Virus record (IMG/VR): IMGVR_UViG_3300020048_000047
Location: 1-64,000 of that record
From: an uncultured virus (IMG/VR IMGVR_UViG_3300020048_000047)
Lineage: Duplodnaviria > Heunggongvirae > Uroviricota > Caudoviricetes
Length of the DNA: 64,000 nucleotides
Strand: one strand, 5' to 3'
Under the pieces are notes generated by a model. That model searched no databases, was not told the origin of the DNA, and saw nothing but the letters and a program-made list of their open reading frames with translations. The position numbers and the translations under genes were made by a program. Positions 29,456-40,371 of this stretch are shown piece after piece. Each line of letters opens with the position of its first letter. Positions within the stretch are counted from its first letter, which is position 1.

Positions 29456-30568
29456 TTACTCTTTTTCGTAAGCGTTTGTTGGTAAATCTTCTTCATCAAC
29501 ATCAAAATCATCAAAATTTGTGTTTAATTTTTGATTAATGAAATCTTTTTGTTCTTTAACATAATCATTCTTTTCCGCTGGATTTAAAAATCCATGTGGC
29601 GTTGAACAAATACTACCCATAAGTTCAATACCATTAACGTGGTTTTTAACACATTCAATATCGGTCATTACACCAAATTGATAACTTCTACCACTATTAG
29701 TAGCACTCAATTTTTTAGCACTTGATGTTGATTTACCACCCATATGGAAGATAAGTCTTACACCATATTTAAAACCTTCACCACCATTATGCATAATGGT
29801 TGGTTGACCTACTTGGTTTGGTCTTAACCAAATTTTTTGTACTGTAACAAAAGTGTTGATAAATTCAGAATTTTCTCTTCTAGATACTGGTATTCTAAAG
29901 TTAAGAATTGATTCAAAACTTCTTTTTAATGCACCAGCAGTCCATTGATTATTATTAGAATTTGACATAGCACCTTGGAAACAACCAATCGAACCAATTG
30001 AGTCCCAAACAAACGTTATGTTAGCTCTTAACTCACCGCTTTGTTGTTTGTCCATTATTTCATTCATACATCTAGCAATGTCTTCGACAACTGGAATATG
30101 TCTTAATCTAGTTGTTTTCATCTTACTATCTGAATAATCGAAATTTCCATACATTTCTAGCAAATCACTACCATCCATATAAATGAAATCTGGTCCTTCA
30201 TGGTTAACTATTTCACCAGTTTCTTCATCCGCAACATCTTCAAAATCAAAACCAACAAGTCTTGCGTGTTCCCAATTAAAACTCTTTTCAGTATCAAAAA
30301 TTACAATAAAATCACCTAATTTTTGAGCTCCAGCAATAGTTTCATAGATACCTGTTGATTTACCAACGTCAGAGAAACCTCTAAATTGTGATGTATATCC
30401 ACGTGGAACCCCAGGTAATCCTACCGCATCATGAAATGATTTTTTAAATGGAATCCAAGCTAATTCTTTATCTTTTACTACTTGATTGATAAGACCTAAG
30501 CCTTTTTTAAATTCGTTGTTATCGAATGGTTTTTTTTCAATTACTTTTTTGGATGGTTTTGTAGCCAT
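29456..30568 (-). CDS. RecA/UvsX-like recombinase
   Basis: GVPRG..GFSDVGKST (Walker A), FDTEKSF, FVWDSIGS (Walker B), GGEGFKY, VKNHV. Confidence 0.85.
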   Translation of the reverse strand: MATKPSKKVIEKKPFDNNEFKKGLGLINQVVKDKELAWIPFKKSFHDAVGLPGVPRGYTSQFRGFSDVGKSTGIYETIAGAQKLGDFIVIFDTEKSFNWEHARLVGFDFEDVADEETGEIVNHEGPDFIYMDGSDLLEMYGNFDYSDSKMKTTRLRHIPVVEDIARCMNEIMDKQQSGELRANITFVWDSIGSIGCFQGAMSNSNNNQWTAGALKRSFESILNFRIPVSRRENSEFINTFVTVQKIWLRPNQVGQPTIMHNGGEGFKYGVRLIFHMGGKSTSSAKKLSATNSGRSYQFGVMTDIECVKNHVNGIELMGSICSTPHGFLNPAEKNDYVKEQKDFINQKLNTNFDDFDVDEEDLPTNAYEKE

Positions 30569-30603
30569 TTTTAAATTGTTTATATCTCTTGTTATTCTAG
30601 AAC

Positions 30604-30631
30604 AAAAAGAGCTAATTCCTTAGCTCTTTTT
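30604..30631 (-). terminator. Rho-independent terminator
   Basis: AAAAAGAGCTAA-TTCC-TTAGCTCTTTTT. Confidence 0.75.
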
Positions 30632-30661
30632 ATTTATAATCATCTAATAATCAATTGATTA

Positions 30662-31582
30662 TTAAAATGGAAGGTCATCTGATTCTGGTTCTTCAGTTGC
30701 TGGTTCAACTACTTTTTCAGCTTTGGTTGCTTTTGGTTCAGCTGTTTTGATACCAGCTTTAACGTTTTCAACACCCATTGTTAATTCAGCGTCTAATTGT
30801 TTTGTTTCTTCGTCTTCTTTTAATGATTCTTTGTCAACGAATTTCTTTTCTTCTTTATCCCAAACTGGAACACCACCTTTAACGATGATTTCTAAGAAAG
30901 AATAAGGTTTAAGAGCATACACATCTTCCCATGTACGTGTGTCACCTAACCAAAGATTAGCTTTTTCAGCGTCTTCTGAAAGAGGTGTAGAGTCTAATGC
31001 TACAACAGCTGATACAACTGGAACATTGTTTTGATTTCTGTTAATCGAAAGAGCTAAATCACGACCTGTTGTTGCGTTTGTGATATCTTTGTCTTTCTTA
31101 AGTGCTGTTAACACACCTTGAATTTTGTCAAGAATTCCTTCTTTTCTGTAGTCATGGTTAAATCTCCAGAATTTAACACCATCTTCTTCGTTTTCTCTGT
31201 CAATCACCTTAACGATGTACATTAACTTAGCGTTGTACTTTTTAGCTAATTCTTTGTCAGTAGCTTCGCCAGTAGCTAATAATGCTTCACGTGCTTCGCA
31301 GAAAGGGCAATCTTCACCTTTTTCGTGTTTTAAACATGCGAATGTTTTCCAAACACCTTCAACTTGAATTTTATGACCGTAGAATTCAATAAATGGACTT
31401 GAACCATCTTGTGTTGCAAGAATTCTAATTTCTTTTGTCGCTGTTTTAACACCTTCTTTAATAAAAGTATTAAAATAGTTTTTCAAATCGTAAACCTTTT
31501 CTGATTTCTTTTCATACTTAGGTTTGTTGTTTGTTTCGTACTGTGCTAGCATTGCTTCTAGCGGATTTTTCATTTCACTCAT
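30662..31582 (-). CDS. Single-stranded DNA-binding protein (T4 gp32-like)
   Basis: IRIL, H..C..CPFC zinc site, GRDL, acidic DDLPF tail. Confidence 0.85.
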   Translation of the reverse strand: MSEMKNPLEAMLAQYETNNKPKYEKKSEKVYDLKNYFNTFIKEGVKTATKEIRILATQDGSSPFIEFYGHKIQVEGVWKTFACLKHEKGEDCPFCEAREALLATGEATDKELAKKYNAKLMYIVKVIDRENEEDGVKFWRFNHDYRKEGILDKIQGVLTALKKDKDITNATTGRDLALSINRNQNNVPVVSAVVALDSTPLSEDAEKANLWLGDTRTWEDVYALKPYSFLEIIVKGGVPVWDKEEKKFVDKESLKEDEETKQLDAELTMGVENVKAGIKTAEPKATKAEKVVEPATEEPESDDLPF

Positions 31583-31641
31583 CTTTTTTTTTTGTTTGTT
31601 TATATTGATTTAATTGTTATTTTTCTATATTTAATCTACTA

Positions 31642-31754
31642 CAAATATACGATTTTTTCTCGAAAAGTCAAGCAAAATACCCATATATTTTAGGTTATTT
31701 TATTGGTTTAAGAACCATTTTTACAAAGCTACTAATAATTTTTAACCAATGCAA
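31642..31754 (-). promoter_or_regulatory. Two tandem Bacteroidota-type housekeeping promoters (TTG-N19/20-TAnnTTTG)
   Basis: Minus strand TATATTTG (31642-31649) with TTG at 31669-31671, and TAGCTTTG (31724-31731) with TTG at 31752-31754. Both lie upstream of the SSB-recA-exonuclease-helicase operon. Confidence 0.65.
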
Positions 31755-31784
31755 CATTTTATCAATATATTTTTAAATAAAACT

Positions 31785-31810
31785 AAAAAAGCCCTATAAA
31801 AGGGCTTTTT
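31785..31810 (-). terminator. Rho-independent terminator
   Basis: AAAAAAGCCCT-ATAAA-AGGGCTTTTT. Confidence 0.75.
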
Positions 31811-31824
31811 GTTTAAATATTTGT

Positions 31825-32595
31825 TTAGAATTCTTCTTCTTCATACTCATCTTCTGGATTAGCATTAAAGCTTTTCTTAATATCAGTATCGCTATAATCA
31901 GCATCCACATCATCTTTAGTTAATGTATACTCTTGTTTCTTGTCATTACCCATAACATCATAAGCACCTTCTTTATCGGCCCAATAATCAGTTAATTTTT
32001 GAGAATAAGGGTATGAACTTAATGAACGCATTTCTAATTTTTCAACTGGTGTTGGATTACGTTTAACAATTTCTTGTTCAAGTTCATCAATCTTAGCCGA
32101 AACCTTATCCATATTAGCTACTCTAGCTTCTAAAGCATCTAGTTTTTGTAATAGCATTTCAGTGTTTTGACTAGCTCTATCAGCTGCCGCTTTTGCTTCC
32201 TCAGAACCTGTAACCAAAGATGTAACATCAACTTCAACTTCATCCTCAGCTGGAGCTTCTGGAGCAATTGGTGCTTCTGGAGCTATTGGAGCTACTGGTT
32301 CGGCTGGTGCTTCTGTACCATCTGCTGGTGGAACCTCTGCATTAGCATCTGGAGCTGGTTGGTCACCACCTTCAGCATTAGGGTCAACACCTAAATCATT
32401 AGAAATAGCATCAACGGCATCTTCTGGGTTTTCATCAGCTTCTTCAAGTTCATTACCAAGAATTAAAGGTTTTTCCATATCGTCACCATAAACTGGTGGT
32501 TCTTGTTTTTCAGTATAAAAAGAATAAGATTCTAATAGTTTAAATCTATTAAGTTCTTCTCTTAGTAATTCTGGGTTTAGTTTAGTTTTTTTCAT
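31825..32595 (-). CDS. Acidic Pro/Ala-rich coiled-coil protein (possible head core/scaffold)
   Basis: 256 aa. LLREELNRFKLLE N-terminus, APIAPEAPIAPEAP repeat, coiled coil, very acidic. Confidence 0.5.
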   Translation of the reverse strand: MKKTKLNPELLREELNRFKLLESYSFYTEKQEPPVYGDDMEKPLILGNELEEADENPEDAVDAISNDLGVDPNAEGGDQPAPDANAEVPPADGTEAPAEPVAPIAPEAPIAPEAPAEDEVEVDVTSLVTGSEEAKAAADRASQNTEMLLQKLDALEARVANMDKVSAKIDELEQEIVKRNPTPVEKLEMRSLSSYPYSQKLTDYWADKEGAYDVMGNDKKQEYTLTKDDVDADYSDTDIKKSFNANPEDEYEEEEF

Positions 32596-32598
32596 CGT

Positions 32599-32799
32599 TT
32601 AGAATAAAAGTTGTCTACCGTCTTCTGTTATGATTTTTTTATTGATTCTCTCAACTAGGCTTTTATCACCTTTAATTACACATACACCAGAACTACAATC
32701 TAAGTTAGGGTCTTGATTTTCAGTGTTTAAAAAACCATTTAAAACTGAATCTAGTTTCTTTTGGTTTTTGTTATCGTTTTGTTTGTTAGTGTTTTCCAT
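32599..32799 (-). CDS. Small hypothetical protein with CxxxxC
   Basis: 66 aa; upstream ATATTTAT motif at 32831-32838. Confidence 0.6.
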   Translation of the reverse strand: MENTNKQNDNKNQKKLDSVLNGFLNTENQDPNLDCSSGVCVIKGDKSLVERINKKIITEDGRQLLF

Positions 32800-32848
32800 G
32801 ATATTTTAATTATTTATTGTTATCTTTCTTATAAATATCTCAAAATCA

Positions 32849-33250
32849 TTAAAAAATCCTAGTAATGTTGAAAATTCCTAGTTCTTTCCCATTAACAAGT
32901 ATAATTTTATCTTGATAGTTTTCCCAATTTATCTTTATAGACTTATAGTCCGTATTACCTATTGAATCGGAATATTGTGTATCTATTAATTTATTTAACG
33001 CATTAATAGTATATAATGTAGTACCTTTTTTATGTATCGGTACTGCACTAGGGAACAGATTTTTTAGGTTTAATCGTTTATCTTCTGGTATAGCAATCTT
33101 GAAAGTAATAATAACCTTAGATTCATCATCTAAGTTTTTATAACCAAAAACCTTATTTCTAGGAATAGAAAATTTGGCTTCTAAATAACTAAGAAACCAT
33201 TCAACCCTTTCTGGGAATATGAATGAGGCTAGTAGTGTCGTTTTGTCCAT
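32849..33250 (-). CDS. Hypothetical protein
   Basis: 133 aa ORF overlapping the upstream gene. Confidence 0.6.
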   Translation of the reverse strand: MDKTTLLASFIFPERVEWFLSYLEAKFSIPRNKVFGYKNLDDESKVIITFKIAIPEDKRLNLKNLFPSAVPIHKKGTTLYTINALNKLIDTQYSDSIGNTDYKSIKINWENYQDKIILVNGKELGIFNITRIF

Positions 33251-33839
33251 GTCTTATGTAGAATAAATAAGGTATGTATCTCACTTTATTATCAAGTGCT
33301 TCAACAATGTTTTTATATTCTATAAGTATCTTATTACCTTCCAAAAAAACATTACTTATATCAAGTATTTTTTGTTTTATTTTAACGGTGTTTAAACCCA
33401 TATAATCCAATAATTTTAAATCAATACCAAATATTATACCATCACCATAAAGATAAACCATTTCTTCGTTAATATAAGTTATAACATGACTTAATGACGC
33501 TATTTTTCTTACTATCTTCCAAAGCTTCTTTGAATCGTATTGAATGGTATCAACAAAAACATATGAAACAGATTTCATATGAGTCTGATATGCCTTACAT
33601 ATAAACCATGATAAATCAGCTTCATATTGGTCCCTACGTTCAGTTCTTTTGAACGTCCAATACATATCATCACCAAGTGATATATTAGTTATATCGAATT
33701 CTGGAAAAAGCTTATCAACTAATTCATATCCGACAATTAACGTAGGTAAGCCATGGGTTATCTCACCCATGGTCTTTACTACATTAAATTCTTCTGAAAC
33801 TTTTACGTTATTAATTGAAACTATATTTGCTAACTTCAT
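33201..33839 (-). CDS. Hypothetical protein
   Basis: Likely start is MKLANI at 33839, directly after a host-type promoter. Confidence 0.6.
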   Translation of the reverse strand: MKLANIVSINNVKVSEEFNVVKTMGEITHGLPTLIVGYELVDKLFPEFDITNISLGDDMYWTFKRTERRDQYEADLSWFICKAYQTHMKSVSYVFVDTIQYDSKKLWKIVRKIASLSHVITYINEEMVYLYGDGIIFGIDLKLLDYMGLNTVKIKQKILDISNVFLEGNKILIEYKNIVEALDNKVRYIPYLFYIRHGQNDTTSLIHIPRKG

Positions 33840-33843
33840 GTTG

Positions 33844-33875
33844 CAAAGGTACAAAATTATTTGTTAAAAACCAAA
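33844..33875 (-). promoter_or_regulatory. Bacteroidota-type promoter TTTG-N20-TACCTTTG
   Basis: Exact match to the -33 TTTG / -7 TAnnTTTG consensus, 4 nt upstream of ATG (near-leaderless transcript). Confidence 0.7.
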
Positions 33876-33876
33876 T

Positions 33877-36800
33877 TTAAAGTTCACCATTTTTTTTCAT
33901 CGTATTATAAAGAGTTTCAACTGCCGTTAAATAACCAATACCTTTAGAAAAATAAGCCGATGATGATTTCTTTGCAATCGCTTCAGCCGTTACTTTATCA
34001 TAAGTTCGACTATAAACAATACCATCACCTTCTTTTGCGTATGCAATTGCATCTTCACCTCTTTCCATCGTTTGCATAGCTGCATACATTTGTTCTTTAG
34101 TTGATGCTTTTTTCAAAAATGGTTTAGCTATTGAGTCAATAGTTTTACTATCAACATCCACTTCAGTGAATAAAAACGCTAATTGTGTTTTTAAAGTATC
34201 AGAATTAGAATTTTTTAATAATTTAGCTTTTCTATCACCTAACCATTGTGCAATACCATACGCACCACTGGTTTTATTTGTAGCGGTAGGGTCTAAATCT
34301 GCACCAGATTCTGGCATCATAGCAGCAATAATACCAATAGCTTTCCAACTAGGATATTTTTTAGTGGTAATAAAGAATTTTAAAGCATCCTTAGGGTTAT
34401 TACCTGTTATTTCAATACCACTTGTATCAACATTACTACCATCAAATGATTTTTCTCTATGTTGTTTATTACAACCAGTGTAAACAGCTGGTTTACCAGT
34501 TTTACTATCGATAGGATTAATAACACATGACTCATATTTAGCTGGTATAGTAACTGGATATTTACCACCAGATAATTTATTACAATTTGCTGAAGTACCC
34601 CAATATTCTAAATGCCAATACTCATTAATTGGTAATACCCAACCATATTTAACCGAATTTTTATATAACCAATCTATCGCTGGATTATTCGCTGGGTTAA
34701 AATAAGTTTCTAAAGATTTTTTATCACCTAAAACACCAATTACAGTACCATCTTTTTGAGTATAATTTACATCTACAGCAATACCCCAACCATGATTAGA
34801 TGTTCCTGGTACGGCAGCTACTGGTGAGCCTTTAGTTTGATATGTATTCCAACAAGATTGTTGTACCCCAAGACTTCTAAGTGTACTAGTAACTGTAAGA
34901 CGATTTTTAGTCTTACTCCAACCGTTGGCTACCATCCAAGCATCCCAATCCTTAAACATAACAAAAAAAGCATCAGTAGCTTCTTTAATCAGTATATCAT
35001 TTTTTTCATAACTAATACCTAAACCTTTACCATTGAAAACACTAGATAATGATTTACCCATTGTAGAAATATTACCATTACATGTTGTCGCATCAAAATC
35101 AATAATTGTAGCAACAATATTTGGATAATTACCATTTAAATTCTGACTAACCCCAGTACCAACTGATTCAATTAAACCTAAACTCACTAAAAGTGACTGA
35201 TACATTTCATTTTCAGTTATTAAAGGTGTTTTTGGGTATCTTATTCTCACCCCAGTAAAATTGGTTGACATGAAATTAGGTTTTATGTTATGTTTTACAT
35301 GTGTAATCATGTAAGCACCATGAAACATAGGTATATTATTCAATTGAAAATACATCATAGGTTGAATCATAGCATTACCTAACATTTCAATACCAACTTT
35401 ATAACTTCTAACCGAATAAACATTATAAATATTTTGTCCAGCTAGTGTTCTATTATTTTCAGAACCAGTATTAGCAATAGCATCAACAATTTGTAACGAT
35501 TCAGCCGTTTCAGTGAATTCACTTTGGTCTAACGTTATATCTTTAAATATATTTTGGTTTTGTTGTGAAAAATTAACATTAAAGCCAGCTAATAATGACT
35601 CATGCTCAGCTGGTATTGTTGTAGTAAAATCTTCTGGTAATTCTTTAATAAAATCGCCCTTTTCGTTACATTGTAAATCCACACCATCATTAGTATAATT
35701 ATAACTACCATTGGTTAAATTTTTTGATGCTTGACCAACATAAACACAGACAAACGATGGACCACAAATATCTTCCTCAACTTCTTTATCAAATTGTATT
35801 GTTTTAAATACATCTGCAACACCTTCTTCTGTTCTATAATTAATATACGATGGCAATGCAATAAAATCAAAATTATTAGCACTTAATAATGTAGTAACAA
35901 CATTATAAAAACTAGAATTTGGATTATTTACTAAAAAATCTTTTACTGGTAATGGATTAACATATAATTTATCACCTATGTCTTCAAAATTTCTACTAAT
36001 AAATCTAAAACTATCAATTAATCTAGGTGTAGTACCAACACCTCTTAGATGTTCCCCCATAGCCTTATGGGTACTAGCTGAACCGCATTGGAAGAAAAGT
36101 CTATCTTCAGAACCAGCATCACCAATCCATTTATCGTAAATATTTTTACATAAACGATATAAATGTATTTTAATAGCATTTTCATCTGAACTACCAAATA
36201 ATTCTTTATTCATTTCTTTTTTCTCATCAACACCATCAACTATTTTCTCTTTTAATTTAGCTATAACTGTATTTACATAAGTCTTTACTTGGTCTTCACT
36301 GACAGAAATTGTGTCATATAAATTAACATAAAGTAGTGGATTATATAATTCAGTATCGTCTGTATTGTTCCAAATTCTAAAATTATTATTAGCTATTACG
36401 ACTTCCTCGTTCATACTATCAATTATAGTTTTCATAGCAATATTAGTGTTATAATCACCATTTAATTCTAAACCAATACTTTGATACAAATAACCACCAA
36501 CACCAGCATTAATTACTGGATAAGCTACACGATAAGTTTCTTCATTTATTAATGGAAAATTAGTCGTTATGAAATTATTTTTTTTCCCAGTAGGGTTATT
36601 AAATAAAACAGTTAATTTATCTGAAAATTTAGTTGGGTTTTGACCCCAAATTACTAGTTTATTTGATATGAAGGGCCAATTATTATTATCTTTTGAATCC
36701 AACCCATTAACCCAATTTAAAAATTCATTTTTAAATTGGTCTTTAACAATTTCTGGTAAATTAGTTAAAACTGGATTTAAATCAATAGTATCATATAAAT

Positions 36801-39800
36801 CACCTATTGATTCATTTTTGTCTCTAGAACGTTGAAAAAATAATTTACCATTTAAATCTTTCCATAATATTGGGTCTTCGGGACCAGAACCACCTCCAAT
36901 AATTCTTAATTTATCATCAGAATATTTTGGTTCTGAATCATCGGCTCTCCACATTAAACCGCCAACATATATACACCATAATTTTGGCACATGTATGAAA
37001 CCACTAGCATGTTTAAATAAATTAATTATTTCTGGTGAATCAAAAGTATCACCATTCCAAGGAAATGTACTTAAAAAAAGTAAAGCTTGTGCATAATTAT
37101 AAAAACGTCCTTGCAAACGTTTTGATGTTGAGAAATCATATTGACCATAATATAATACACTACCAAATAAACTTAAATCAATACTATCACTATAATGTAA
37201 ATTAATAAATGGATATGCTGCTGTTTTATAGTTTTTATTATTGAAAAAATGTCTATTTTTACCAAAACTAGTCATTAATTTTAAACTTTCTTTAAAATGA
37301 TTGTTAAAAGCATTTTCTGGTTTTAAAAATGGTTGTGATAAATCATATTTAGAAGGTATACTTCTAGGTGTTGTAAAATGATTTTTATCAATATCATCAT
37401 CAGCCACCATATCAGAATAAAAAACATACATTAATGGTAAATCTTTTAAATCATCATTACCATAATCTAAATTAACAAATTCTTGAACACCATAAACACC
37501 ACCAAAAGGATTAAAACCAGCACTTTTTAAATCTTTAAAATCTTTAACTTTAATTTTTTCCAATGATATAGTATTAGTAGTATCAATAGTTTCGATTAAT
37601 TCTTTTGTAGGTTTTTGGGTAAATTCATCAATAGAAAAAATACGTAAAGGCCAAGAACCATCAGATTCCTTTTTAATTATTTTAGAATTTGTATCTACAA
37701 ATGTAGTGTTTGAGTAATTTGTTAAAAAATAATCAGTGATATTTGATAATTGAGTAAATGTTGTTCCATAATTTTTAGTATTTGGTTTAACAAATGGAAG
37801 TACTTCGGCACTATATTTTACATTGGTACTACCATTTTTAAACGTACCACTAACACCTATACTACTATATTTATAATACCATTTTAAATCATCTTTTTGA
37901 TATCTAGTAATAACTTTATTTTTACTATTATTAATAACACCATTAACATCTAATACATTCCCAGCTCTTAATTCTTTTAAAGACTTTTTAACAACAGCAT
38001 TTTTAGAATTATTAATAATTGAATTAACTTCACTTTCAGCCATTTTATTTATATCTTCATTACTTAAAGATGAAGATGAAAAATATAAAAAACCCATAGC
38101 CCTAGTTAACATTAAACTCATTACTTCTTCCCAAGAATTACCTTCAATTTGACTATATGCTGAAGTTAAAGGATTAAAAACAGGTGAATCTAATGGATTC
38201 ACTGGTATCCAGTTCTTTTCTTCATTAGCTAGAGCAACTTCATCTTCTTTAGCTTTTTTTGCTTGCAATCTAAAAGCTTCAAGTAATTTATCAATAAAAA
38301 CCAATTCGGTTATCTTTTCTTTATCAGAACTAGAAATACCACTAGCTTTACCTAAATATGTTTCAACATAACCAATACCATCAACATGTTCATTATAATC
38401 TGGCCATGCAAAATATTGTGTTTTACTAGTAATATCTTTAATATCTGAATTTCTATCATCTTTAAAATAATTTTTTAGCACATCAAATCTTTCTTGACTA
38501 CCTTCAGCTATTACCGAAACTCTATATAAAGTTCGCATGAATGCTTCAACACTTGTTGTAAAAATTTCAACTATATTTCTTATTGTTGGGACAAATCCTA
38601 ATTCAGTTTCCATATTAGTAGCAACTTCATTAGCTAATTCAACGCTAGAATCATTTTTTTTGTTATTAATGGAATTCTTTTTTTCTTCGATTATTTCATT
38701 TAAATGTACTAATCGAAGTACATCTAAAAGTGTTGTATCTGTTACTATGCCATTATATCTTTTAGCGTATTCTTGTAATTCAACTATATCTTCTGGAAAA
38801 TAACTAGTTAAACTTTTTAAATCTTCACAATAAAATTTAGTTCGGTCACATCTTATACTTTTTAATGTAAGCATATTTTTATATGCATTTAACGTTGTGA
38901 ATAATTTAATTTCTTCATCAGTGAATTTAACACCGTTTTCACTATTAAATTCAGTTATTTTAGCTTTAATATCACGTTGAAAAGCAATTAACTTATTCAT
39001 ATTGATATCTTTTACTTGTCTAGCAACAGATATTGGTACTTTCTTATCTTTAATCATTTCATGACTTGTTGATTTAAAAACAATAAATGAGGCTGTCTCA
39101 AGATTTTCTTTTAAATCTATACCACCAGTACCATATAAATTTTTTAACATACCTTCAATATCAGCAATTAAAGTAATTTGTTTATCACTAGCAGTAACTG
39201 TTTTAGCACTTTCACTATTAGCACTAATTTTACCTATTCTATCATTAATTGATGAAATATCTCTAATTAAATCAGTAAGAGTTATTATTCTATGTTTTTG
39301 AAATCTATCACGTTCAGTATTAATTTCTTGATAAATATCTATTTTATCAGAACCATCAGCTGTGTCAAAACCTAATAAATTTGTTCCATAATTAACAAAT
39401 GGAATTGCAGCTAAAACACCAAGTAACATATCAGATAACATAGCATAAGTGTATCCGATAAAATTAGCAGTAATTTCAAAATTACCAGTTTGTGAATTAA
39501 ATTTAGTATTAAATTTAGTCATATGAAGGCAATATTTTACTGGCCTACCATAATAACCTTTAATTGTTAATTCAAAAATAGGATAAGGTAATTGAAATAA
39601 AACACTATATTTGTTATCAGTATTAGGATTTGTTATATTACCCTCATTTTGGAAAATAGCACTACCTCTAATATCAATAAAATTAATAGTCACCATAGGT
39701 GCATATGAAGAATTAAAATCTATATCTATATTACTAATACCAAGATTTTCTTGTTCATTACCAGATTCAAAATTAGTAGTTAAATCAGTAAATTTAGTAG

Positions 39801-40050
39801 TTAAAACTTTATCTTTACCATAATTACTACCTTCTAAAAAATTAATTTGAACTGTTCTCGTTGACTCAGATGAACCAACTGATTTATCTGAATTTAAAAC
39901 AGTTCTACCCCTTTTATATGTTTTTAACGCAACTGTTATGTTTAAATCTTCTAATGGTACTGACATATTATTACTAGAGTCATTACCTTGAAATTTGTTA
40001 GGGTCTACAATAACTGTTCTATTTGATGAACAACATTTTTTATTCTCCAT
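33877..40050 (-). CDS. Baseplate hub / tail-associated lysin with M15 (VanY-like) peptidase and phage tail lysozyme domains
   Basis: 2057 aa. Hub-like MLGNAMIQPMMYFQL..GAYMITHVKHNI; M15 motifs TSTLRS..AAVPGTSNHGWGIAVD..EYWHLEY; lysozyme-like AAMMPESG..GAYGIAQWLGDR. Confidence 0.75.
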   Translation of the reverse strand: MENKKCCSSNRTVIVDPNKFQGNDSSNNMSVPLEDLNITVALKTYKRGRTVLNSDKSVGSSESTRTVQINFLEGSNYGKDKVLTTKFTDLTTNFESGNEQENLGISNIDIDFNSSYAPMVTINFIDIRGSAIFQNEGNITNPNTDNKYSVLFQLPYPIFELTIKGYYGRPVKYCLHMTKFNTKFNSQTGNFEITANFIGYTYAMLSDMLLGVLAAIPFVNYGTNLLGFDTADGSDKIDIYQEINTERDRFQKHRIITLTDLIRDISSINDRIGKISANSESAKTVTASDKQITLIADIEGMLKNLYGTGGIDLKENLETASFIVFKSTSHEMIKDKKVPISVARQVKDINMNKLIAFQRDIKAKITEFNSENGVKFTDEEIKLFTTLNAYKNMLTLKSIRCDRTKFYCEDLKSLTSYFPEDIVELQEYAKRYNGIVTDTTLLDVLRLVHLNEIIEEKKNSINNKKNDSSVELANEVATNMETELGFVPTIRNIVEIFTTSVEAFMRTLYRVSVIAEGSQERFDVLKNYFKDDRNSDIKDITSKTQYFAWPDYNEHVDGIGYVETYLGKASGISSSDKEKITELVFIDKLLEAFRLQAKKAKEDEVALANEEKNWIPVNPLDSPVFNPLTSAYSQIEGNSWEEVMSLMLTRAMGFLYFSSSSLSNEDINKMAESEVNSIINNSKNAVVKKSLKELRAGNVLDVNGVINNSKNKVITRYQKDDLKWYYKYSSIGVSGTFKNGSTNVKYSAEVLPFVKPNTKNYGTTFTQLSNITDYFLTNYSNTTFVDTNSKIIKKESDGSWPLRIFSIDEFTQKPTKELIETIDTTNTISLEKIKVKDFKDLKSAGFNPFGGVYGVQEFVNLDYGNDDLKDLPLMYVFYSDMVADDDIDKNHFTTPRSIPSKYDLSQPFLKPENAFNNHFKESLKLMTSFGKNRHFFNNKNYKTAAYPFINLHYSDSIDLSLFGSVLYYGQYDFSTSKRLQGRFYNYAQALLFLSTFPWNGDTFDSPEIINLFKHASGFIHVPKLWCIYVGGLMWRADDSEPKYSDDKLRIIGGGSGPEDPILWKDLNGKLFFQRSRDKNESIGDLYDTIDLNPVLTNLPEIVKDQFKNEFLNWVNGLDSKDNNNWPFISNKLVIWGQNPTKFSDKLTVLFNNPTGKKNNFITTNFPLINEETYRVAYPVINAGVGGYLYQSIGLELNGDYNTNIAMKTIIDSMNEEVVIANNNFRIWNNTDDTELYNPLLYVNLYDTISVSEDQVKTYVNTVIAKLKEKIVDGVDEKKEMNKELFGSSDENAIKIHLYRLCKNIYDKWIGDAGSEDRLFFQCGSASTHKAMGEHLRGVGTTPRLIDSFRFISRNFEDIGDKLYVNPLPVKDFLVNNPNSSFYNVVTTLLSANNFDFIALPSYINYRTEEGVADVFKTIQFDKEVEEDICGPSFVCVYVGQASKNLTNGSYNYTNDGVDLQCNEKGDFIKELPEDFTTTIPAEHESLLAGFNVNFSQQNQNIFKDITLDQSEFTETAESLQIVDAIANTGSENNRTLAGQNIYNVYSVRSYKVGIEMLGNAMIQPMMYFQLNNIPMFHGAYMITHVKHNIKPNFMSTNFTGVRIRYPKTPLITENEMYQSLLVSLGLIESVGTGVSQNLNGNYPNIVATIIDFDATTCNGNISTMGKSLSSVFNGKGLGISYEKNDILIKEATDAFFVMFKDWDAWMVANGWSKTKNRLTVTSTLRSLGVQQSCWNTYQTKGSPVAAVPGTSNHGWGIAVDVNYTQKDGTVIGVLGDKKSLETYFNPANNPAIDWLYKNSVKYGWVLPINEYWHLEYWGTSANCNKLSGGKYPVTIPAKYESCVINPIDSKTGKPAVYTGCNKQHREKSFDGSNVDTSGIEITGNNPKDALKFFITTKKYPSWKAIGIIAAMMPESGADLDPTATNKTSGAYGIAQWLGDRKAKLLKNSNSDTLKTQLAFLFTEVDVDSKTIDSIAKPFLKKASTKEQMYAAMQTMERGEDAIAYAKEGDGIVYSRTYDKVTAEAIAKKSSSAYFSKGIGYLTAVETLYNTMKKNGEL

Positions 40051-40360
40051 AAAGTGTTTTATGTTTTGTTAATTCTGCATTATATCTACTAATAGCTGTT
40101 TCAAATGGAAATGGAACCCGTATACCAGACATGTCTGGTATATTAAATTCTAAACCACCAAATTCTGGGTTGGCTAACATAATTAACCAACCACTATATG
40201 GGTTATTATAATACATGTTACTCAATTTGTCAAGTCTAGTTAGACCTTGTTTATATAATACTGTTTTATCCGTTGATGAAACAGGTATTGTTATTCCTAT
40301 AACTGGTTTCATTTCTCCATTACCTCTGAACGAAGAATATCTATCGTAATATTCTGCCAT
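40040..40360 (-). CDS. LysM-like baseplate wedge protein (gp53 / tail X-like)
   Basis: RLDKLSNMYYNNPYSGWLIMLANP...IRVP. Confidence 0.75.
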   Translation of the reverse strand: MAEYYDRYSSFRGNGEMKPVIGITIPVSSTDKTVLYKQGLTRLDKLSNMYYNNPYSGWLIMLANPEFGGLEFNIPDMSGIRVPFPFETAISRYNAELTKHKTLYGE

Positions 40361-40371
40361 ATTTTAAAATT

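Noticed and set aside
33201..33839. Possible degenerate DNA polymerase / exonuclease domain
   Set aside because: No catalytic motifs are recognisable, so it is left as hypothetical.
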